In this document: positions 28,964 through 40,614 of the stretch, one piece after another | Layout: every line of letters starts with the position of its first letter | How positions within the stretch are numbered: position 1 is the first letter of the stretch | Assembly: GCA_963695345.1 (NCBI GenBank) | Contig: OY968769.1 | Span: 1,696,001 to 1,760,000, forward strand | Direction of reading: 5' to 3' | Length of the DNA stretch: 64,000 nt | From: an uncultured Methanomassiliicoccales archaeon | GTDB lineage: Archaea; Thermoplasmatota; Thermoplasmata; Methanomassiliicoccales; UBA472 | Position numbers and translations under genes: made by a program | The notes under the pieces: model-generated | Seen by the model: only the letters and a program-made list of their open reading frames with translations | What the model was told of the DNA's origin: nothing | Database searches by the model: none

Positions 28964-31900
28964 TTACACGTGCGGTGTAGCACGCACCTCCGCGCTCTTG
29001 GCTCCAGTGCCGATCGCGTTGACCGCGGCGACCTTGTGATCGTCGGTCACACCGTTGGTCATCCAGGTATCGGTATACGATGTGCCGGGGCTGATTGTCT
29101 TCACGAGCGTCTCCGTTCCCGGAGACCATGACCGGTAGATCTTGTACCCGGTTATCGCCGATCCGCCGTTGGACGGTGCGGTCCAGGTCAATTTGATCAC
29201 GCCGCTCGATCCGGTCGCTATTGCGGACAATCCAGTGACAGTACCGGGGACTGAGCTCGTGCTCTTGGTCGGTGTCGCGTAGACCTCTTCGCTAATGAGC
29301 TCCAGTGCCGATCGCGTTGACCGCGGCGACCTTGTAATAGTAGGTAACACCGTTGGTCAGTCCAGGTATCGGTGTACGATGTGCCGGGGCTGATTGTCTT
29401 CACGAGCGTTTCAAATCCGGAAGACCAACCCCGGTAGATCTTGTACCCGGTGATGGCCGATCCGCCATTGGACGGTGCGGTCCAGGTCAATTTGATAACG
29501 CCACTGGAACCGGTCGCCATCGCGGAAAGTCCAGTGACCATGCCAGGGGCGGTGTTTGAAGCATCGACAACCACTGAGGTCGATGTGCTGGCAGGCGAGG
29601 ACCCCACGGAGCTCACAGCTTTGACCGTATAGTAGTACGTGCCTTTCAAGATCATGGCATCGACATAGCTGGTGGCAGTTGATGTCCCGATCGAAACCTG
29701 GCCCGTAAGGGCGGAGCTGGTGCCGCGATAGATCACATAGCCGGTTAATGGACTGCTGCCGCTTGAAGCTGGAGCGGACCAGGTCAACGTTATTTTGCCC
29801 GTCGCCAAAGCGGCCGCCAGGTTGGTAGGTGCGGATGGCACAGTGCTCGGTATCGAGGACGACGCCTCGTTGCTGGCCGACGAGGTACCGACGGAGTTTA
29901 CCGCCTTGACCACGTAGTAGTATGTCATCCCTGCAACGACGTTCGAGTCAATGTAGGACAAGGTCGTGCTGGTACCCATCGCCGTTGTGGACTCTGATCC
30001 AGCGGAGGTGCCGCGATAGATATTGTACGAGGTTGTGGGCGACCCGCCATTGCTAGAAGGTGAGGTCCATGTCAGTGCGATCTTACCCGCTGTCAGAGTG
30101 GCAGCCAGGTTGGTCGGTGCTGAAGGTACTGTACTCGGTATCGAGGACGGACGCCTCGTTGCTGGGCATTGAGGTACCGACGGAGTTGACCGCCTTTACG
30201 ATGTAGAAGTAGGTCATCCCTGCAACGACGTTCGAGTCAATGTAGGACAAGGTCGTGCTGGTACCAAGCGCCGTTGTCGATTCCGACCCTGCGGAGGTTC
30301 CCCGGTAGATGTTGTACGAGGTTATCGCCGACCCGCCGTTGCTGGCCGGTGCGCTCCAAGTCAACGAGACCTTTCCTGTCATTAGTGTGGCTGCAAGATT
30401 TGTCGGTGCCGACGGCACCGTTCTCGGAACCGAGCGGGACGCCTCGTTACTGGCTGCCGAGGTACCGACGGAGTTGACCGCCTTGACCACGTAGTAGTAG
30501 GTCGTTCCAGCCACGACGTTAGAGTCGGTGTATGCCAGAGAGGTGCTAGTACCCAGCGCCGTTGTCGATTCTGATCCGGCAGCGGTGCCCCGGTAGATGT
30601 TATACAATGATATGGCTGACCCTCCATTACTGGCAGGTACATTCCAGGTCAACGAGACCTTACCCGCGGACAACGTCGAGGCCAGGTTGGTCGGTGCCGA
30701 CGGCACCGTTCCCGGGACCGAGCGGGACGCCTCGTTACTGGCGGCCGAGGTACCGACGGAGTTGACCGCCTTTACCACGTAGTAGTAGGTCGTTCCGGCA
30801 ACGACGTTCGAGTCGGTGTATGCCAGGGACGTGCTGGTGCCTATCGCCGTGGCCGATTCCCCTCCGGCGGAGGTGCCCCGGTAAACATTATACGAGGTTA
30901 TCGCCGACCCGCCGTTGCTGGCCGGCGCGCTCCAGGTCAGGGCGACCTTGCCCGAAGTCAATGTGGAGGCCAGGTTGGTCGGTGCCGATGACACCGTGCC
31001 CGATGACGGTGTGGCATAGGTGATGGTTCCGCCATAGTAGTAGAGGAGCTTCACTGACCTGTAGTAGGTATCGATCATGCAGTTCGCGTTCGAGCCCAGC
31101 TTCGTGAAGATGAGGTCCGTGCTCGCCCCCGGGGCTCCGGCCGGATACCATGATCCGGACGACGCCCTCCCGCTGACGGTGTTGACCCAGGTCTTCATGT
31201 TCAGGCTTGACGCCGTCATCGAGATCGGGGTGAACCCTTCATGGTTGCCGGTTCCGACCAGGTTGGTGCACGTGACCCCCGGTACCTGGAAGTTCTGGAA
31301 CTTGAACCCGTAGCCGTAGTACTGTTCGCAGTTGGGCTTCTGCCCGTTGTAGCTGGTGACGCAATCGATGAGCACGATGTTCTTCGGTTTCGCCCCGTAC
31401 TCGACGTGGAACCCGGAGCACCAATTGTACGTTGCCGTGCATCTCGTCAATACGATGTTCTCCACGGTGGTGCACTCGACCAGGTCGTATCCGGTGATCC
31501 AGGCGTTGATCCAGCCGATGTTGTCGCCGCCGTTGTGGCTGGCATCGCAGTCGGTGAATGCTACGTTCTTGATCAGGCTGTTACCGGAATAACTATTGTC
31601 ATCACCGAACAACAGGAAACCATAGGTCTGGGAGTACGTGACGGTGCAGCGGGTGAAGGTTATGCCATTGATAATGCCATTCGTCCCGACGTAAATCCAG
31701 AAACCAGATTCCATGTCCCCGGTCAATTGTGTGGCATGAACGTCGGTGAAGGTCCAGTCCCCGCAGGTTCCCCCGGCCTTGTACCCGTACACCTGCAGAT
31801 GGCCGGTGAACTTGAACGATGACAGGGTGACGTCAGAGACGCCGTTGATATAGAAGAAGCGGGAGGAGGTCGCAGTGAAGAGGGTGGAATCCCCATCGCC

Positions 31901-32179
31901 AAAGAGGGTGGTTCCCGTGGCAAAATACACGTGGGCCGTGAGCGTGTAAGTCCCGGCCGGAACGTAGGTCCTGGTGTTCACATGGGTCAACGCCCAGTTC
32001 AAAGCGGCGGTGAAGGAGGCAGCGGTATAGACGGCACTTCCTCCCGAATCAAGAACGACGTTCGATGAGACCTTATAATCATAGGTCCCCACAGCGTCGG
32101 CATCACTCGCCATAATGGGAAAGGTAGATATCGTCAATCCCATGATGAGGAACACAAGAAGGCATTTTTTGAGTTTCAT
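28964..32179 (-). CDS. Secreted beta-helix (pectin-lyase-like) protein with ~7 FN3 repeats (frameshifts near 30150 and 29350)
   Basis: Signal peptide, YVPAGTY and parallel beta-helix repeats, then tandem LTW.AP.SNGGS.IT.Y...YYY.VKAVNSVG units across three ORFs. Confidence 0.82.
29860..31000. repeat. ~288-bp tandem FN3-coding repeats
   Basis: Near-identical blocks such as GAGGTACCGACGGAGTTGACCGCC recur near 29882, 30171, 30459 and 30747. Confidence 0.85.
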
Positions 32180-32827
32180 TCCCTTACCACCTTACCAGTA
32201 GAACAAGTACATCTCGCACCAGGCGAAATTGTAACCAAGATATCAATATCCAGCCGGCGGTCTATTTGGCCGGCCTGGCCGCGGTCATGGCTCCTTTCAG
32301 TCCAAGAATCACAATTGAAGGTCAGTGTCGTCATTTTTATACCTCCCGGCTAGTGTTTGCTTAGTTACGTATTGAAAGGAACAACGACACCATTGACGTC
32401 AAATGTTAAGATACGGCTATCAGTATCGATATTGAAACGATGGAAAATTTAGAGATGCTGGACATCACAAAATCACACTCCCCATCGCCAGTTGACACGA
32501 CCGGGAATAGTGACCCCCCACTCCGGCTCCGGGGCATCGGTTCCCTGCGCCTAAATTGATGATTTCAACATGTTCGAAACCGACCCTGTCGACGTTCTAC
32601 GACTTACGAGCATATTACCGGGGTACAATGTAAACCACTCCCTTCACATACCTTGTGAAAGAGGGAATGGCGGTATTTCGGACAGTCACTGATCAGAGGT
32701 ACCCGACAAGCTCCAACTGGGTTATTCCGAATTACCATTCGTTGAAAGAGGAGCACACTAGCATTAGGTTTGAACCGTTTTCAGAAGAGAGAATGAAACC
32801 TAACGCTGAAATCACCTTACTGAGATC

Positions 32828-35800
32828 CTATTCCTCTGAATACAGAGGATAACGGATATCGATGATGGCATTGTCCACGATAGGCTGTCTCCGGTACCAT
32901 GTGGTGTAGGAAAATACCGGTGTGTTTACGCTCCTTTCTTTTTCCTCCTCACCACGATAGACCATGGCTATTATTGCAGCAATAAGGGCCAGAACCCCCA
33001 CGACATAGATCGCGCCATCATCTCCGGGGGATGTCGCAGATGGGGTGGAAATCGAAGCACTTGGTGAGACGATCTTGGCCGAAGACAGGTTTCCCACACC
33101 GCCGGAGTTGTGCGCTGCCACAGCAAAGGAATAGTTCTGTCCATTGATCAACCCGGTGACTATGGCTGAGGTGGCCGATGTATGGTCTACCTCAACACCA
33201 TCCTTGTAGATGATGTAGTAATCCATGCTGGAATTGCTCGATGGGGCTGCCCATGCCAGGCTCACCGTTCCATTGCCGGCAATGGCGATCAGACCGGTCG
33301 GGACTCCCGGAACCTCGACGCCGGAAACTGGGTGGGCCACGAGGGCCGATGTCTTGTCTCCGGTCCCTATCGAGTTATGTGCTGCCACTGTGTAGCTGTA
33401 CGATTGCCCGTTCGTTAGATTGGTTATTGTTATCGAGGTTGCCGTGGGATGAGATAGGTCGATTCCGTCCTGGTAGACAATGTAGTGGTCGATCGATGCC
33501 CCACCGTTACTCGTCGGTGCGGTCCATGAGAGGGTAGCCTGAGCGTTGCCTGATGTGACAGAATGACCAGTTGGTACTCCTGGAACAGTTGGGGCGGAAG
33601 ATGGCGTGGCGTTAGTGGTCGGTGATTTCTCACCCTCACCAACGGAATTGTGTGCCGCGATGGAAAAGCCATACTGTTGGCCGTTCGTCAATCCAGCGAT
33701 CGCCGCGGATGTGGTCGGGTACTGGTCAGATCTAACGGTTCCGTTGACATAGACCAGGTAATAGTCGATGTTCGCTCCTCCGTTGTTGCTGGGAGCCGTC
33801 CACGTTAGCGATACCTGTGAATTGCCGGAGGTAGCTGTGAGCCCGTTAGGAATCCCGGGGACGGTCGGGGTAATACTCGGGGTCGCCGAAACGCCCGAGG
33901 AACGTGATCCAGTTCCTTCGGAGTTATTTGCGGCCACGCTGAAATCATAGCTTTGTCCATTGGTGAGTCCCGTGATAGTAGCGGAAGTGCCCGTCGATTG
34001 CTGTACTTCGGTTCCGTCCCTATACACGACGTAGTGGTCTATGGCCGCGCCCCCGTCGCTTACTGGTGCGGACCACGACAGTGCCACCTGGGCGTTGCCC
34101 GGAATTGCCGTCAGTCCGCCCGGCGAACCTGGAACAGTGATAACCGTGGTCAGGGCAACCGGGGTCGCCGAAACACTGGACGACTGCGATCCTTTTCCAG
34201 CCGCGTTGTGAGCGGCAACGGTGAAAGTGTAAGAGACTCCGTTCGTCAGCCCGGATACAACTGCGTCCGTCGATGTCGGTTGCGCGATCTCAGTTCCATT
34301 TTGGTAGACGATGTAATGATCGATGGAGCCTCCTCCGTTCGAGGAGGGTGCTGACCAGCTGAGCGACACCTGTCCGTTCTTTGGAGTTGCGGAAAGATCG
34401 GTCGGGGCGCCTGGAACGGTCGGGGCGGGGGATGGTGTAATTGTCACTGCGGTCGTCTGTGCACCGACACCTGCCAAGTTATGTGCGGAGATGGTGAAGG
34501 AGTATGCACGGCCATTTACCAGACCGGTGATAATCGTGGTCGGACCGGTCAGTTGGTAGGGCAATGCCTCCCCGTCCTGGTACACTACGTAATAATCAAC
34601 CGTCCTGCCGCCATCAAAGGCCGGAGCGGTCCAGTTCAAGGTCACCTGACCGTTGCCAAGGGCACCTTTCAGTCCGGTCGGAACATCGGCTACCGTGTAT
34701 GGAACAGATGAGACAGCATTGGATGGGGCTCCGGTACCGGCCATGCTGTGCGCCGCGATGGTGAAGCCGTATTCATGGCCATTGATCAGACCCGTGACGA
34801 CGGCCGTCAGACCTACCTGATGATCGACCAGGGCGACCCCGTCCTGGTTGACGACATAGTAATCAATGGCACTACCTCCGTTGACTGAAGGTGTGGTCCA
34901 GGTAAGTGTGACCGTCTTGTTGCCGGGGGTTGCCGAGATCAGGGTCGGGGCGGAGGGTACAACATCGGGATTCATCGGCATGGCCGTGACCTCGTTGGAC
35001 ACAAGTCCCTCACCGACCGAGTTGATGGCGCTTACCTTATAGTAGTAAGTCTGACCGTTGGTGAGGCCTATGTTGGAGTAGCTGATGGCGTTGCCCAGCG
35101 TAATCAGCAGGGTCTCCGTTCCAGAGGTCGTTCCGCGGTATATGCTGTAGCCGGTGATCGCAGAACCTCCGTTGCTGCTTGGTGCGGTCCAATTGAGAGT
35201 AACCTGAGCGTTACCTGGAATGGCGACTACCCCTGTAGGGGTTCCAGGTTTCGCTGCAACGACCTCGCCCATGATCAGTCCGTTCCAAACCCCTCCTGGT
35301 GGGGGGAAGTTCGAAGAGGCGTATGCGTGACCCCTTATTCCATCTGGAGTGTTGACTATCCAACCCGAACCAACAACGGCCGGTGCTGTGGATTGCGAGA
35401 AGGTCATCGACATCAGGGAGCTGCATTCTTGGAACGCATTGTCTCCGATGGACGTGACACCGCTTCCGATGGTGACCGAGGTGAGAGAGGTGCAAGTATG
35501 GAACGCCCCGAACCCTATGGACGTGACGCTATTGGGAATGGTCACAGACGTTAGGGAGCCGCATTCTCCGAACGCGCTATCCTCAATGGACGTGACGCTA
35601 TTGGGAATGGTCACCGATGCCAGGGAATGGCAGGAAACGAACGTGGAGCTCCCGATGGAGGTGACCTTATCGGGGATGATAATGGAGGCCAGGGAATCGC
35701 ATTTAGCGAAAGCACCGCCTCCAATGGACGTGACGCTATTGGGAATAGTAACCGATGCCAGGGAATAGCAGTATCCAAAGGCACCAACTCCAATCGACGT

Positions 35801-36181
35801 GACGCTATTGGGAATGGTCACAGACGTCAGGGAGCTGCAGAAATAGAAGGCATTGTCCCCGATCGAAATGACGCCTTCTGGAATGGTCACCGAGGTAATG
35901 GATGAGAGCCTCGCAAATGCACTATCACCGATCGCTACAACGGAATACCCATCCATTGTGGAAGGGATCGCGACCGCCTCTTGCTCACCAGTATAGCCTG
36001 TGACAGTGGCAACGGTCGGGCTGCCGCTCGTTTCGTAGGTATAGTCGCCGCTCGTCTCCGCGACGGCCGTTTGCGCCAAGATCAGCGATGCGATCACAAA
36101 GCCAAATAAGACAAGTACCAGGCACCCTAAATGCCTGAACAGCTGTTTTCTCTCGTTGTGCGTTATGTCATTTGACTCCAC
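32828..36181 (-). CDS. Surface protein: BspA-type LRRs, ~8 FN3 domains and a C-terminal TM
   Basis: Repeats of C.SL.SVTIPNSVTSIG..AF; FN3 repeats; TM IYVVGVLALIAAIIAMV; tail probably extended by an indel. Confidence 0.88.
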   Translation of the reverse strand: MESNDITHNERKQLFRHLGCLVLVLFGFVIASLILAQTAVAETSGDYTYETSGSPTVATVTGYTGEQEAVAIPSTMDGYSVVAIGDSAFARLSSITSVTIPEGVISIGDNAFYFCSSLTSVTIPNSVTSIGVGAFGYCYSLASVTIPNSVTSIGGGAFAKCDSLASIIIPDKVTSIGSSTFVSCHSLASVTIPNSVTSIEDSAFGECGSLTSVTIPNSVTSIGFGAFHTCTSLTSVTIGSGVTSIGDNAFQECSSLMSMTFSQSTAPAVVGSGWIVNTPDGIRGHAYASSNFPPPGGVWNGLIMGEVVAAKPGTPTGVVAIPGNAQVTLNWTAPSSNGGSAITGYSIYRGTTSGTETLLITLGNAISYSNIGLTNGQTYYYKVSAINSVGEGLVSNEVTAMPMNPDVVPSAPTLISATPGNKTVTLTWTTPSVNGGSAIDYYVVNQDGVALVDHQVGLTAVVTGLINGHEYGFTIAAHSMAGTGAPSNAVSSVPYTVADVPTGLKGALGNGQVTLNWTAPAFDGGRTVDYYVVYQDGEALPYQLTGPTTIITGLVNGRAYSFTISAHNLAGVGAQTTAVTITPSPAPTVPGAPTDLSATPKNGQVSLSWSAPSSNGGGSIDHYIVYQNGTEIAQPTSTDAVVSGLTNGVSYTFTVAAHNAAGKGSQSSSVSATPVALTTVITVPGSPGGLTAIPGNAQVALSWSAPVSDGGAAIDHYVVYRDGTEVQQSTGTSATITGLTNGQSYDFSVAANNSEGTGSRSSGVSATPSITPTVPGIPNGLTATSGNSQVSLTWTAPSNNGGANIDYYLVYVNGTVRSDQYPTTSAAIAGLTNGQQYGFSIAAHNSVGEGEKSPTTNATPSSAPTVPGVPTGHSVTSGNAQATLSWTAPTSNGGASIDHYIVYQDGIDLSHPTATSITITNLTNGQSYSYTVAAHNSIGTGDKTSALVAHPVSGVEVPGVPTGLIAIAGNGTVSLAWAAPSSNSSMDYYIIYKDGVEVDHTSATSAIVTGLINGQNYSFAVAAHNSGGVGNLSSAKIVSPSASISTPSATSPGDDGAIYVVGVLALIAAIIAMVYRGEEEKERSVNTPVFSYTTWYRRQPIVDNAIIDIRYPLYSEE

Positions 36182-36557
36182 GTGAATCCCTCCTTCATCA
36201 ATCGGGACGACATTTCCTTCACTGTCTCCCGACTAGATACCCCGGGTAGAAGCCATCTTGAAAATTTATGATGGGAGTTATCTTTCGGATGTATTAATAA
36301 ATTGCCGATGGCCTCTACGTTGGAACATGCTCCCTTCATGTTTCCCTACCTATCCGCCTCAGTGATACACTTGCGATCATTCCCCGACCGACCTCTGAAT
36401 GAGATCCAGGCAATTGTCTCCACATTACCAACGTTTCGAACAATGCCTGTGCCCGGGGTACCGGAACGGTTTGTCGGATCGAGAACCGGGATCCGATCAA
36501 CGTCACCATCTCACGACATCCCGTCGTTTGTTTTGATCCAAGACCGAGAGAAGCAGT

Positions 36558-39500
36558 TTACGCATCCTTCTCCCTCCCCAGCCAGAAGTAAGTGGCCGCT
36601 CCTGCCACACCCCCGATCGCGATTGTTCCGATGGCGACAAAGAACAAGGTGTCGTTATCGCTCCAGCCATTGGGCTTGGCTTCAAGCAGATCGGTCAAGG
36701 TGCCGTTTCCGACAATGCTGTAGGCGCGCACCTTGTAGTAATAGACCTGGCCATTGTTCAGGTTCTTGTCGGTATAGCTGGTCGCGTTCACAGTTCCAAG
36801 CAGGGTCATCGAGGTCGGGCTCGTTCCCCGGTAGACCATGTAGCCGGAAACCGCTGCCGATCCGTTGCTCGATGGCGCTTTCCAGGTTAACGAGACCGAT
36901 TTGTCTCCCGCCGCACAATGGAGATCGGTCGGAGATCCCGGAGGCGCCGCTACTACACTGGTCGGCGTGGCATTCACGCCGCTTGAGTTCGGCCCCCAAC
37001 CCACAGAGTTCATGGCGCTAACCCTGTAGTAATAGACCTGGTCGTTGGTCAGGCCCGCATCGGTGTAGGTGAGCACATTGCCCAAGGTGAACCGCTTGGT
37101 CTCCCCGCCCGAAGCCATATCGCGATAGACCGAGTAATTGGTGACAGCGGCGCCGCCGTTGTTGGATGGCACGGACCAGGTCAGGACAACAGTTCTGTTA
37201 CCCGCGGTTGCGACGAGGTTACGAGGCGCGGAAGGCACTATCGCCGTTTCGATCGATGTCACTGACGCTTCGCTCGAGTTCGATCCCAAGCCTCGGACGT
37301 TCTCCGCCTTGATGAAGTAGTAGTAGCCCTGGCCATTGGTAAGACCGGTGTTGTTGTACCAAAGCTTCGTACCGGCGTCGGCGAGGAACGTTTCCGTTCC
37401 CGACGCCGCCCCCCTCCAAACCTCATAGTTGGTGATGGCGCTCCCGCCGTTGTTGGCAGGGGGTTGCCAGGTGAGATTGATATATGCGTTTCCGGGGGTT
37501 GCCTGAAGATCCTGCGGAGCGGTCGGCACGCCGGCAGGGTTCGTCGAGGCCTCTGCGGACCCTACACTTTCACCGACGGAGTTCACGGCCGAGACCCTGT
37601 AGTAATAGGTCACACCATTGATGAGACCCGTATCCGTGTAAGTGAGGACGTTGCCTAATGAGGTCAGGAGGGTCTCCGCATTTGCCGTCATGCTGCGGTA
37701 GACCTTGTAACCGGTGACACTGGCACCGCCGTTGTTGGCGGGAGCAGTCCAATTGAGGACGACCCGGGCATCTCCGGGGACGGCTGCCAGGTCTGACGGG
37801 GCGGCAGGCACGCTCATCGTTACACCCGACGCCTTGGGCATGGCTGATATTTCGTTCGAGCTCTGACTCAAACCTTGCGCGTTCTCCGCCTTGACGACAT
37901 AGTAGTAGACCTGGCCGTTGGTCAGACCGGTGTTGTTGTACCATAGTCTTGTGCCGGCATCATTCAGGAACGTCTCGGCACCGGCGGCAGACCCGCGCCA
38001 TATCTCGTAGTTGGTGATGGCGTTGCCGCCATCGCTGGCAGGTGCCTGCCATGTCAGATTGACATAGCCGTTGCCGGACGATGCATGGAAGTTCTGCGGG
38101 GCGGTAGGACTCCACAAGGGTCTAACGCTGCGCTCGTTGGATTGCGCCCCTTCCCCGACCGAGTTGATTGCCCTGATCTTGTAATAGTAGGTTACACCAT
38201 TGGTCAGACCGGTATTGGTGAAGGTGTTGACGTTACCGAGTACGGCGTACAGGGTCTCCCCGCCCGCCGTGGCGCCGCGGTAGACTGTATAGTTGGTGAT
38301 CGTGGAACCGCCGTCGAATGGCGCTGTCCATACCAGCACCACCTGTCTGTCGCCTGGGGTGGCGGATATCAGGCTCGGTGCGGAAGGAACGGTGGCAGGT
38401 ATGGCGGATATCTCGTTCGACCTAGCGCTCTCCCCGATCGAATTCACCGCGCTTACCCTGTAGTAGTAGGTCATACCATTGGTTAGACCGGTATTGTTGA
38501 ACGTGAGCGCGTTCGTGACGGTGGTCAGGAACGTCTCGCCTCCAGCGGTCGCGCCGCGATAGATCCGGTAGCTGGTGATGGCGTTGCCGCCATTGTTGCT
38601 GGGAGCCGTCCAGACGAGGACGACCTGGGCATTGCCCTTGGTAGCCGAACTGATCCTCGGAGCCGCTGGCACAGTGGCCGGTGTGGCCGAGTCCTCACTG
38701 GACTTAGCCCCCTCCGCCTTTGAATTGACCGCACTGACCTTGTAGTAATAGGTCACTCCGTTGGTCAATCCAGTGTTGTTGAAGGTAAGTACGTTGCTCA
38801 GATTTGCGATCGGGTTCGTTCCCTGCCTGCCGGGGGCAGTTCCACGATAGATATTGTATCCAGTGATCGGAGCCCCGCCATCGTTGGCCGGTGCGGTCCA
38901 GCTAAGGACCACATACCCGTTGCCTCTGTTCGCATCGAGGTTCAGAGGTGCGGTTGGTGGCGCGATGGGGGTGGCCGAAGCCTCGTTGGAAAGGGGCCCC
39001 TCACCGACCGAGTTGACGGCGCTTACCTTGTAATAGTAGGCCACACCGTTGGCGAGACCGGTGTTGGTGTAGGTGAGGACATTTCCCAGGGTTATGAGCA
39101 GAGTCTCCCCTCCGGCGGAGTTCCCGCGATATATCTTGTAGATGGTTATCGCAGAACCGCCATTGCTGCTTGGCGCGGTCCAATTGAGGGTGATCTGGCC
39201 GCTACCGGAGGTGGCAAAGAGGCCCACGGGGGCCTCGGGCGCCACCGGAATGACATCGCCCATCGTCAGTCCGTTCCAGATACTTCCAGGTGAGGGGAAA
39301 TTAGAGGCGGCGTACGCATGACCTCTCAATGCTGTGGAGGCACCGGATATCCAATTCGAACCGACATTGGTCGGTGCAGTTGCTCCTGGGAAGGTCATTG
39401 AGGTGAGGGAGGTGCAGGAGGCGAACGCATTACTCCCGATGGAACTGACGCTGCTGGGTATGGTCACGGAGGTGAGGGATGTGCAGGAGGCGAACGCGGA

Positions 39501-40247
39501 AACCCCGATGGAGGAGACCCCGGAAGGTATGATGAACGCCCCAGATTTCCCTTCAGGATACTGGATCAAGGTAGTTGTGGCCTTGTTGTAAAGCACACCG
39601 TTGACGCTGGCATAGTTCGGGTTACTCGAATCAACATTTATGAAGGTCAAGGCGGAGCAATGGGAGAAAGTCCCTTCGCTGATCGAGGTGACGCTGCCGG
39701 GCACCGTGATCGCTCCCGCCTTTCCGTCAGGACAGTCGAGCAATATGGTCATGACCTTGTTGTAAAGCACACCGTTGACGCTGGCATAGTTCGGGTTGCC
39801 TGAATCAACATCTATGGAGGTTAAGGCTGGACAGGAGGCGAAAGCGCCGTCACCGATGTCCGTCACGCCACTACCGATGGTCACGGAGGTCAAGGCAGAG
39901 CACTGGAAGAACGCCCCTTCGCCGATGTATGTGACGCTGCCGGGGATGTTCACGGAGGTCAGGGTAGCGGTCGATTCAAAAGCGAAATTCCCTATGGCTT
40001 CAACTGGATACTCATCTATCGTTGAGGGGATTGTGATGTCTCCGCCCGAGCCAGTATATCCCGTGATAGTGGCAAAGGTCGGGAGTCCACTCGTTTCATA
40101 GGTATAGTCGCCGCTCGTCTCCGCGGCGGCCGTTTGCGGAGCGAATATCAGCAATAGGGCAATAAACGCAAATAGAACAAGTATCTGGCACCCAATGTGC
40201 GTAAAGGGTTTTCTTTTCTGCATTGTCATGATTTTGATCGATTGCAC
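36558..40247 (-). CDS. Surface protein: BspA-type LRRs, ~9 FN3 domains and a C-terminal TM (paralogue of the preceding gene)
   Basis: Shared N-terminus AETSGDYTYETSG.PT.AT.TGYTG; LRR and FN3 repeats; TM anchor. GTG start chosen by alignment with the paralogue. Confidence 0.88.
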   Translation of the reverse strand: MQSIKIMTMQKRKPFTHIGCQILVLFAFIALLLIFAPQTAAAETSGDYTYETSGLPTFATITGYTGSGGDITIPSTIDEYPVEAIGNFAFESTATLTSVNIPGSVTYIGEGAFFQCSALTSVTIGSGVTDIGDGAFASCPALTSIDVDSGNPNYASVNGVLYNKVMTILLDCPDGKAGAITVPGSVTSISEGTFSHCSALTFINVDSSNPNYASVNGVLYNKATTTLIQYPEGKSGAFIIPSGVSSIGVSAFASCTSLTSVTIPSSVSSIGSNAFASCTSLTSMTFPGATAPTNVGSNWISGASTALRGHAYAASNFPSPGSIWNGLTMGDVIPVAPEAPVGLFATSGSGQITLNWTAPSSNGGSAITIYKIYRGNSAGGETLLITLGNVLTYTNTGLANGVAYYYKVSAVNSVGEGPLSNEASATPIAPPTAPLNLDANRGNGYVVLSWTAPANDGGAPITGYNIYRGTAPGRQGTNPIANLSNVLTFNNTGLTNGVTYYYKVSAVNSKAEGAKSSEDSATPATVPAAPRISSATKGNAQVVLVWTAPSNNGGNAITSYRIYRGATAGGETFLTTVTNALTFNNTGLTNGMTYYYRVSAVNSIGESARSNEISAIPATVPSAPSLISATPGDRQVVLVWTAPFDGGSTITNYTVYRGATAGGETLYAVLGNVNTFTNTGLTNGVTYYYKIRAINSVGEGAQSNERSVRPLWSPTAPQNFHASSGNGYVNLTWQAPASDGGNAITNYEIWRGSAAGAETFLNDAGTRLWYNNTGLTNGQVYYYVVKAENAQGLSQSSNEISAMPKASGVTMSVPAAPSDLAAVPGDARVVLNWTAPANNGGASVTGYKVYRSMTANAETLLTSLGNVLTYTDTGLINGVTYYYRVSAVNSVGESVGSAEASTNPAGVPTAPQDLQATPGNAYINLTWQPPANNGGSAITNYEVWRGAASGTETFLADAGTKLWYNNTGLTNGQGYYYFIKAENVRGLGSNSSEASVTSIETAIVPSAPRNLVATAGNRTVVLTWSVPSNNGGAAVTNYSVYRDMASGGETKRFTLGNVLTYTDAGLTNDQVYYYRVSAMNSVGWGPNSSGVNATPTSVVAAPPGSPTDLHCAAGDKSVSLTWKAPSSNGSAAVSGYMVYRGTSPTSMTLLGTVNATSYTDKNLNNGQVYYYKVRAYSIVGNGTLTDLLEAKPNGWSDNDTLFFVAIGTIAIGGVAGAATYFWLGREKDA

Positions 40248-40614
40248 ACAAATCCCCCCAAACCCCAATCAAGGTTTTACTACTCAACACTTGCCCGAAT
40301 TGGTCCCCCGCTATAGAAGCCGAATGAGAATATTTGAAGATAGTTGTCCTTCGTGTGTATTAATAAATTCGCAGGTAACAGGGGGAATACGCCCTCTTGC
40401 CAACCCGACGAGTTCAATCGATCATCGGCATGAATCTTGATTCCCGGCTATCCCAGATCGATGCTATCCCCCAAACGAAAGTTCGGGAGTAACAGTGCCG
40501 GACATACTCTGTTTGTATCTGCCGGGATCGGGAGGGATCAATTGTCTGAAATTCCTTTAGCATTCCGTGTCAGGAAGCCAACGGAATGGACAGCCCTCAG
40601 TGAAAGATCTCATT

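Noticed and set aside
32180-32827. Long intergenic region that might hold an ncRNA or riboswitch
   Set aside because: Only weak GC hairpins seen and no recognisable motif; cannot be supported without a covariance search
35440-35830. 69-bp periodic repeats (GACGTGACGCTATTGGGAATGGTCAC) resembling a CRISPR array
   Set aside because: In-frame 23-aa BspA LRR coding repeats; the intervening segments are homologous to each other and no cas genes are present
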